Shown here: positions 58,728 through 64,000 of the stretch, one piece after another | How the letters are laid out: every line of letters begins with the position of its first letter | Numbering within the stretch: the first letter of the stretch is position 1 | Assembly: GCA_964580235.1 (NCBI GenBank) | Contig: CAZOJY010000001.1 | Span: forward strand, 25,573 to 89,572 | Reading direction: 5' to 3' | DNA from: an uncultured Eubacteriales bacterium | GTDB lineage: Bacteria > Acidobacteriota > Aminicenantia > Aminicenantales > Aminicenantaceae | Length of the DNA stretch: 64,000 nt | Position numbers and translations under genes: made by a program | The notes under the pieces: generated by a model | What the model saw: the letters and a program-made list of their open reading frames with translations, nothing else | Database searches by the model: none | What the model was told of the DNA's origin: nothing

Positions 58728-60086
58728 TTAAAATATAATGCTAGATGCTTCCTTAATACTGTCTACCCCTGCCAAATCAACACCGGAAACATTGTTTTTC
58801 TCTATCTGCAAGAAATTTCCTTTGGGAAGGATAATCCTGTTAAAGCCCAGGGAAACAGCTTCTTTGATCCTGGCTAAAGGCTGGCTGACAGAGCGAACCT
58901 CCCCGCTCAACCCGACTTCACCAAACAGGGCAAAATCCGGTGGGACAGCCTTGTTTTTCAAACAGGAAACAACGGCCATGATAGCGGCCAAATCCACGGC
59001 CGGCTCATCCAGGGCCAATCCTCCCGCCACATTCAAATAAATATCCTCTCCGGCAAACCCAAATCCCAGCTTTCTCTCGATAACGGCCAGCAACATGGCA
59101 GTACGGAAATGATCGAGCCCTAGGGTCATTCTCCTTGGATTCCCGGAAAAAAGGGTGGGAGAAACCAGGGCCTGGATCTCAGCCAGCAGAGGCCGTGATC
59201 CTTTGATTGTGCAGACCACCACGCTTCCGGTTTCATCCTTGGGTCTTTCTTTTAGAAAAAACGCCGACGGGTTGGAAATGGCTTGAAGCCCTTGAGCTCC
59301 CATTTCAAATATCGCCAGCTCTGAAACGGGGCCGAATCTATTCTTCAGAGCCCGCAAAACCCGGTGGCTGTGATCTCTTTCTCCCTCAAAATAAAGCACA
59401 ACGTCCACCATATGCTCCATAGATTTAGGGCCGGCCAGCGACCCCTCTTTGGTTATATGCCCTATCAGGAAGGAGGGAATTTGGTTCTTTTTGGCAAAGC
59501 GGAATACCTGATTAGTAACTTCTCTCACCTGGCTGATAGTTCCGGGACTTGAGGAAAGCTTTGCAGAATAGATGGTCTGGACGGAATCCATCACAAAAAC
59601 CTGGGGCTTTAGCTTTTCAGCTTGGGAAATAATTCTCTCAAGATTCGTCTCTGCCAAAAGATAAAGATCACCGTCTGAGATTCCCAGGCGCTCCCCTCGC
59701 AGTTTGATTTGTTCAAGGGATTCTTCGCCTGAAACATACAGCACCCTTTCCTCTTTTAAACAAAAATCTCGGCTCACTTGGAGAAGCAGGGTAGATTTGC
59801 CTATTCCCGGTTCCCCGCCGATTAAGACCAGCGAGCCCAAGACAATCCCTCCGCCCAGGACACGGTCCAGCTCTTCAATTCCTGTTTCTGCCCTCTTTTT
59901 TTTCGCTCCTTTGATCTTTTTGTAAAGGACAGGTGCAGAAGGGGAAAACGAATATTCGGCCTGGATTTCCTCTGCAATCTCCTCGATCATGGTGTTCCAC
60001 TCTCCACAAGCGGGACACCGGCCAAGCCATTTGGGTGAATTGGCTCCACAATTTTGACAAATAAAAACGGCTTTATTCTTCATCAA
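58728..60086 (-). CDS. radA: DNA repair protein RadA (Sms)
   Basis: N-terminal C4 zinc finger (CQNCGANSPKWLGRCPACGEWN), RecA-like ATPase (GGEPGIGKSTLLLQ), KNRFG motif, C-terminal Lon-protease-like domain. Confidence 0.92.
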   Translation of the reverse strand: MMKNKAVFICQNCGANSPKWLGRCPACGEWNTMIEEIAEEIQAEYSFSPSAPVLYKKIKGAKKKRAETGIEELDRVLGGGIVLGSLVLIGGEPGIGKSTLLLQVSRDFCLKEERVLYVSGEESLEQIKLRGERLGISDGDLYLLAETNLERIISQAEKLKPQVFVMDSVQTIYSAKLSSSPGTISQVREVTNQVFRFAKKNQIPSFLIGHITKEGSLAGPKSMEHMVDVVLYFEGERDHSHRVLRALKNRFGPVSELAIFEMGAQGLQAISNPSAFFLKERPKDETGSVVVCTIKGSRPLLAEIQALVSPTLFSGNPRRMTLGLDHFRTAMLLAVIERKLGFGFAGEDIYLNVAGGLALDEPAVDLAAIMAVVSCLKNKAVPPDFALFGEVGLSGEVRSVSQPLARIKEAVSLGFNRIILPKGNFLQIEKNNVSGVDLAGVDSIKEASSIIF

Positions 60087-61456
60087 AATCCAAGCCTCAT
60101 TCCCAAGTAAAATTCTCTGCTTTTAGACAATGTAAAATCATTTAACCCAAAGAGAATGTGAATATACCGGGAGGCCACCAGGCTGGTCCAAGCCCTGAAC
60201 TGGGGGCGTGGACTGCGGTTGAAGTCAAACCCCTCAAGCGTGAATATCACTCGGTCTTTGAATGCATATAAATCCAAACCAACGCCAAATTTAGATTCAA
60301 TGATCCCAGCCCGGGGGGAAAAAACGCCCCAGCGGATTCCTCCCTGAGCGGAATACGTGAATTTATTCTGCCAGGGGTCCCGTATGACTTGAGCAAGCAA
60401 AAACTTATCAGAAGACGGCCAAAATCCGAAAGAAAGCGTTCCTCTGAACAATTCGCTCGTAGCAAAATACTCGGCTTTTAATCCCATGTCTAACCGCAGG
60501 GATGATACGGGGGCAATGATGTCTTGAACTTTGTTTATTGTTTTATCCGTCTTTTCGTACAGGTCCTGATTCTCTATGAGTTTTCCCAGTGTCCCTTTTC
60601 CTTTGTTTATCTTTTCCAGAGATTCGTTCAATGTTTTTAGCGCTTCATCCATCTTGGATATCAAGTCTTTGATCCCCTCTAAATTTTCCTTCAGGCTTCC
60701 GCTGTTCTCCTCGACCGTGTTCTTCAGGAGAAGGATGAGTTCATCTAGATTCTGTGAGAGGGCTGCGACGTTTTGATCAAAGTTATCTATCGCCTGAGCG
60801 GATTTCTCAAGGCTTTGAGTGAGAAGTGGCTTGTTTTCACTAAAAAATTCATTCAGCTCCGCAGATACCGACGACAGATTTTGGAGAATTTCCTTTATGT
60901 TTACACGGGCTTCGCCCTCGCCCAGCAAATCTCTCAATGCTTTACTCGTATTTTTGATGTCGTCACCGACAGAAGACAGAATCATCCCCAATTGATCGAA
61001 ACTAACCGGGGGGAGACTTCCGATTGTTCCTGCAGGTTGTACGAAGGCTTCCTCCTCACCTGGCACGATTTCGATATATTTTTCTCCTAGAAGTCCGAGT
61101 GAAGCCAGGGTGGCTTTTGAATCCCGGCTGATCTTAACTTCCGGACTGATGTCCATGGTTACCTCTGCCCGGTTGCCCTTGAGGCTGATGGCTTCAACGG
61201 CCCCTACCTTCACGCCTGCCATGCGGACGACGGTCTTTTTTTCCAAACCGGCCACTGTGTCAAAATGGGTAATCAGGGTATATCCTTTCCTCTTGAACAG
61301 CGTGCTAAAATCTCCTACCACAAAGATGAACAACGCAAGAATGGCCAGGCCGACAGCCAGGAATAAACCGATTTTAATTTCCCGACGGACTGTCCTTATA
61401 TTGCCTTCATCCAAACAACCCGGATCCTGATTCTTCTTTTGTTTAAATATACCCAT
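60083..61456 (-). CDS. mlaD: MCE-domain (MlaD-like) protein with long coiled-coil and beta-rich C-terminal domain
   Basis: N-terminal TM anchor and MCE domain (YTLITHFDTVAGLEKKTVVRMAGVKVGAVEAISL). About 200 aa of heptad-like helical sequence follow, then a C-terminal domain of about 110 aa with alternating aromatic and hydrophobic residues ending in ...LGMRLGF. Overlaps radA by 4 nt. Confidence 0.8.
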   Translation of the reverse strand: MGIFKQKKNQDPGCLDEGNIRTVRREIKIGLFLAVGLAILALFIFVVGDFSTLFKRKGYTLITHFDTVAGLEKKTVVRMAGVKVGAVEAISLKGNRAEVTMDISPEVKISRDSKATLASLGLLGEKYIEIVPGEEEAFVQPAGTIGSLPPVSFDQLGMILSSVGDDIKNTSKALRDLLGEGEARVNIKEILQNLSSVSAELNEFFSENKPLLTQSLEKSAQAIDNFDQNVAALSQNLDELILLLKNTVEENSGSLKENLEGIKDLISKMDEALKTLNESLEKINKGKGTLGKLIENQDLYEKTDKTINKVQDIIAPVSSLRLDMGLKAEYFATSELFRGTLSFGFWPSSDKFLLAQVIRDPWQNKFTYSAQGGIRWGVFSPRAGIIESKFGVGLDLYAFKDRVIFTLEGFDFNRSPRPQFRAWTSLVASRYIHILFGLNDFTLSKSREFYLGMRLGF

Positions 61457-61492
61457 TTAAATTTCTCTTATTTTAAAACCTCTCTCCACATT

Positions 61493-62245
61493 CTACCAGT
61501 TTTCTATCGGTCCTTCAGCTGCTCCTGTGGTGAATTGTTGGATAATGGGATTTTCAGAATTTTTAATTTCTTTGGGGGGGCCGGCAGCAATGATCTTTCC
61601 TTGATAAAGCATGGCAATCCGGTCCGCTACTTTGTACGTGCTGACCATGTCGTGTGTTATAACGATAGAAGTCATTTTCAGGGCTTCTTTCATCTGTATT
61701 ATTAAATCGTTTATTGCATCAGCTCGAATCGGGTCTATACCTGTGGAAGGTTCATCATACAGAATAATTTCGGGCTGAAAGGCAATCGCCCGGGCTAAAC
61801 CAACCCTTTTCCTCATTCCTCCACTCAATTCATAGGGCATCAGGCTTTCAATTCCCTTCAAGCCCACGCGATGGAGCGACTGGATGGCCATTTTTTTTAT
61901 TTGCTCATAGGAATAATCTGAATATCTCTCCAGGCCGAAGCTGACATTCTGTAAGACAGTCAAAGAATCAAACAGCGCCGCCCCTTGAAAAAGCATACCA
62001 AACTTGCGCCGGACTTCGTAGCGTTTGTCTTCACTCAAACATGTGATTTCCTCTCCATCCACATAGATCTCTCCCTTATCTGGCGTGATGAGGCCGATCA
62101 AGTGTTTGATTAAGATGCTTTTTCCAGAACCGCTCTGCCCAATGATAACCAAGGTCTCGCCTCTTTCGACATCCAGGTTTATCCCCTGCAGGACTTTTTT
62201 TTCTCCAAAGGATTTATGCAAGTTAACAATTCGAATCATCATCAC
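61493..62245 (-). CDS. mlaF: ABC transporter ATP-binding protein MlaF
   Basis: Walker A GQSGSGKS, signature LSGGMRKRVGLARA, Walker B IILYDEPSTGIDP. 250 aa. Confidence 0.9.
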   Translation of the reverse strand: MMMIRIVNLHKSFGEKKVLQGINLDVERGETLVIIGQSGSGKSILIKHLIGLITPDKGEIYVDGEEITCLSEDKRYEVRRKFGMLFQGAALFDSLTVLQNVSFGLERYSDYSYEQIKKMAIQSLHRVGLKGIESLMPYELSGGMRKRVGLARAIAFQPEIILYDEPSTGIDPIRADAINDLIIQMKEALKMTSIVITHDMVSTYKVADRIAMLYQGKIIAAGPPKEIKNSENPIIQQFTTGAAEGPIENW

Positions 62246-63024
62246 AAATCTGCCGGCAACGCCTTACTGAGAAAAAAGTTAAATATCAGGACAAGAATGC
62301 TGGAAATAACCACGGCCCGGGTCGTCGCCCTGCCTACACCCGCCGCACCGGCTTCGGTTTTCAGGCCTTGCCAGCACCCGATGATAGCAATGATACCCCC
62401 AAAAAAAGCTGCCTTAATCAAACCACTTCCCACATCCCAAAATTGCATATAAAGCAGCGTGTTTCTTATGTATATATACCGGTTCACACCCATGGCAAAA
62501 ACGTTATAGAAATAGCCTCCCAATATGCCGATGATATCTCCATAAAGGGTCAGGCAAGGGAGCATGACAATACAGGCCAAAGTCCGCGGCACCACGAGAT
62601 AACGAATAGGATCAGCCCCCAGGCTGACAAGGGCATCGATTTGTTCAGTAATCCGCATGGTTCCTATTTCGGCCGCCATCGAAGATCCCACCCTTCCGGA
62701 GACCATCAGACCCACCAGGATTGGAATCAACTCTTTTGAAAGGCCCAAAGAAATAATCGGACCTCCGTAAGCCTCTGATCCGGGACCGATGTAACGATGG
62801 AATCCGACATATGTCTGGAGTCCAAAAACGAGCCCCCCAAAAGCAGCGGTGAGCGAAACGACAGGGAGGGATCGGACACCAACTTCTTCGAGCTGACGGA
62901 TAAAATTCCTCCTCTCCCAAGGATTTGAGAACATTCTTTTCAACGTCTGTCCGAGAAGAATGCCCACTTCTCCGATCTGCTGCAAGAAAAAAAATATAAT
63001 CCCTTGTTTTTGATGAGGACGCAT
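62242..63024 (-). CDS. mlaE: ABC transporter permease MlaE
   Basis: Polytopic MlaE/Ttg2B-type core. Preferred start is MRPHQ at 63024, 2 nt after the dnaB stop. The ORF-track start at 63069 lies inside dnaB. 4-nt overlap with mlaF. Confidence 0.85.
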   Translation of the reverse strand: MRPHQKQGIIFFFLQQIGEVGILLGQTLKRMFSNPWERRNFIRQLEEVGVRSLPVVSLTAAFGGLVFGLQTYVGFHRYIGPGSEAYGGPIISLGLSKELIPILVGLMVSGRVGSSMAAEIGTMRITEQIDALVSLGADPIRYLVVPRTLACIVMLPCLTLYGDIIGILGGYFYNVFAMGVNRYIYIRNTLLYMQFWDVGSGLIKAAFFGGIIAIIGCWQGLKTEAGAAGVGRATTRAVVISSILVLIFNFFLSKALPADL

Positions 63025-63025
63025 T

Positions 63026-64000
63026 TTATGCTTCGAAAGCCTGGAATTCCATATCAGCAAATCGTGCATACTCCCGGATAAAGGCCAGCTTGATCATTCC
63101 TGTAGGGCCGTTTCGCTGTTTGGCCACATTGACCTTGGCAAGTCCTCTGAGGTTTTCATCTTCGGGACGATAAAATTCCGGCCGATAGATAAATATGACA
63201 ACATCGGCATCCTGTTCGATCGCGCCCGATTCTCTCAGATCAGATAGCTGCGGCAGGGGTTCACGACGGCCTTTTTCAGGAGCCCGGCTCAACTGGGAAA
63301 TGCCGACGACCGGGAGCTGGAGTTCTTTGGCCAGCTCCTTCAAAGAGCGCGATATATAGGATATTTCCTGGGTCCTGTTTTCAAACCGGCTGCCTGGACG
63401 CATGAGCTGCATATAATCGAGAAAAACCAGGTCAAGGTTATGCTCCATCTTCAAACGCCTCGCTTTGGCTTTCATCTCCATCACGGAAAGAGAAGCGGTT
63501 TCATCAATAAATATTTTGGCTTTGGCCAGCTCCTCTGCACTCAGTTTGAGTCTTTCGAACTCTCGCTCTCCGATAAAACCGGTCCTTACTTTTTTTATGT
63601 CGAGCTGGGCATCAGCGCACATCAAGCGTATGGCAATCTGCTCTTTAGCCATCTCAAGAGAAAAAAATCCCACCGAAAAATCTGTCCGGAGGCCGATATG
63701 CAGCGACGTGTTCAAACAAAGGGCTGTTTTTCCCATCGAGGGTCGTCCGGCCACAACGATGAATTCAGAATTGTGGTAACCAGACGTTAGGCTGTCCAGA
63801 TCTCGGAATCCGGTAGGTATGCCGGTCACCGCATCCTGTCTGGTTCGAAGAGAATCTATCACGTCGAGTGCGGGCTCAGTCAGGGCGCCAACAGGGATAA
63901 AGCCAGGCTTGATTCTTTGCTCCGCGACTTCGATGATGGAGGCTTGTGCCTCATCCAGAAGCTGGTCCGCGTCCTCTCTCTGTTCATAACTTGAAGAAAT
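63026..64000 (-). CDS. dnaB: Replicative DNA helicase DnaB (3' portion; the 5' end lies beyond the window)
   Basis: C-terminal RecA-like helicase domain (GIPTGFRDLDSLTSG, Walker A AGRPSMGKTALCLN, SQLSRAPE, arginine finger region). The reading frame stays open to position 64000, so the apparent GTG start at 63862 in the ORF track is an artefact. Confidence 0.9.
   Translation of the reverse strand: MSSSYEQREDADQLLDEAQASIIEVAEQRIKPGFIPVGALTEPALDVIDSLRTRQDAVTGIPTGFRDLDSLTSGYHNSEFIVVAGRPSMGKTALCLNTSLHIGLRTDFSVGFFSLEMAKEQIAIRLMCADAQLDIKKVRTGFIGEREFERLKLSAEELAKAKIFIDETASLSVMEMKAKARRLKMEHNLDLVFLDYMQLMRPGSRFENRTQEISYISRSLKELAKELQLPVVGISQLSRAPEKGRREPLPQLSDLRESGAIEQDADVVIFIYRPEFYRPEDENLRGLAKVNVAKQRNGPTGMIKLAFIREYARFADMEFQAFEA

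Noticed and set aside
63862-63862. Apparent GTG start of dnaB in the ORF track
   Set aside because: The frame remains open and DnaB-like (…GFIPVGALTEPALD…) up to the window edge. The gene is truncated by the window, not initiated here.
1-64000. CRISPR arrays, tRNA/rRNA genes, IS elements and integrases
   Set aside because: A visual scan of all spacers of 35 bp or more found no direct-repeat arrays, no tRNA T-loop/acceptor signatures (GGTTCGAATCC-like plus CCA), and no transposase or integrase motifs. Structured ncRNAs cannot be excluded without covariance-model searches.

Overview
This 64 kb window is a gene-dense stretch of chromosome from a diderm (Gram-negative-type) bacterium. TolC, Mla/MCE, YidC and a complete KDO (kdsABCD) pathway support a diderm envelope, and the GC content is moderate. 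The lineage cannot be assigned from sequence alone.

Ordered content:
- **1-8.1 kb, minus strand:** a tricorn-like S41 protease. Upstream of it lies a tightly overlapping respiratory operon encoding a succinate:quinone oxidoreductase (a single small membrane anchor, SdhA and SdhB) together with a Rieske/cytochrome b complex that has no c-type cytochrome.
- **8.3-23.4 kb, plus strand:** an envelope-stress and metal-efflux island. It contains a small secreted protein, an ECF sigma factor, a zinc-finger anti-sigma factor, an LTXXQ (CpxP/Spy/ZraP-like) periplasmic protein, MacA, a split MacB (separate ATPase and permease genes), TolC, a DUF5916/CBM9-like outer-membrane protein, a CzcCBA heavy-metal RND pump, and a GDSL lipoprotein.
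- **24-45 kb:** housekeeping genes typical of an origin-proximal neighbourhood. They include a divergent Hfq-like gene coupled to pdxA, xth, smpB and carD; the rpmH-rnpA-yidD-yidC-jag-mnmE block; an antisense AlkP-family gene; mnmG-parA-parB-bactofilin; kdsB-pyrG-kdsA-kdsD-kdsC; and phosphomannomutase, uppP and manC.
- **45.8-64 kb, minus strand:** aspS, hisS and accA; a second ECF sigma/anti-sigma pair with a YbjQ metal-binding protein and a secreted hypothetical; rlmB, glnS and gltX; ispF, ispD, a YacL-like PIN/TRAM protein and radA; a long MCE (MlaD-like) protein with MlaF and MlaE; and the 3' part of dnaB.

No tRNA, rRNA, CRISPR array, transposase or integrase signature was recognised. The most notable signals are:
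- the fused complex II / Rieske-cytochrome b operon;
- a CnrYXH-like sigma / anti-sigma / periplasmic-sensor module heading the efflux island;
- a divergent Hfq-like protein with an N-terminal extension;
- an MCE protein with a coiled coil and a beta-rich C-terminus ending in Phe;
- an rlmB gene with no canonical start codon;
- two unusually long non-coding regions (45.45-45.80 kb and 56.12-56.58 kb).
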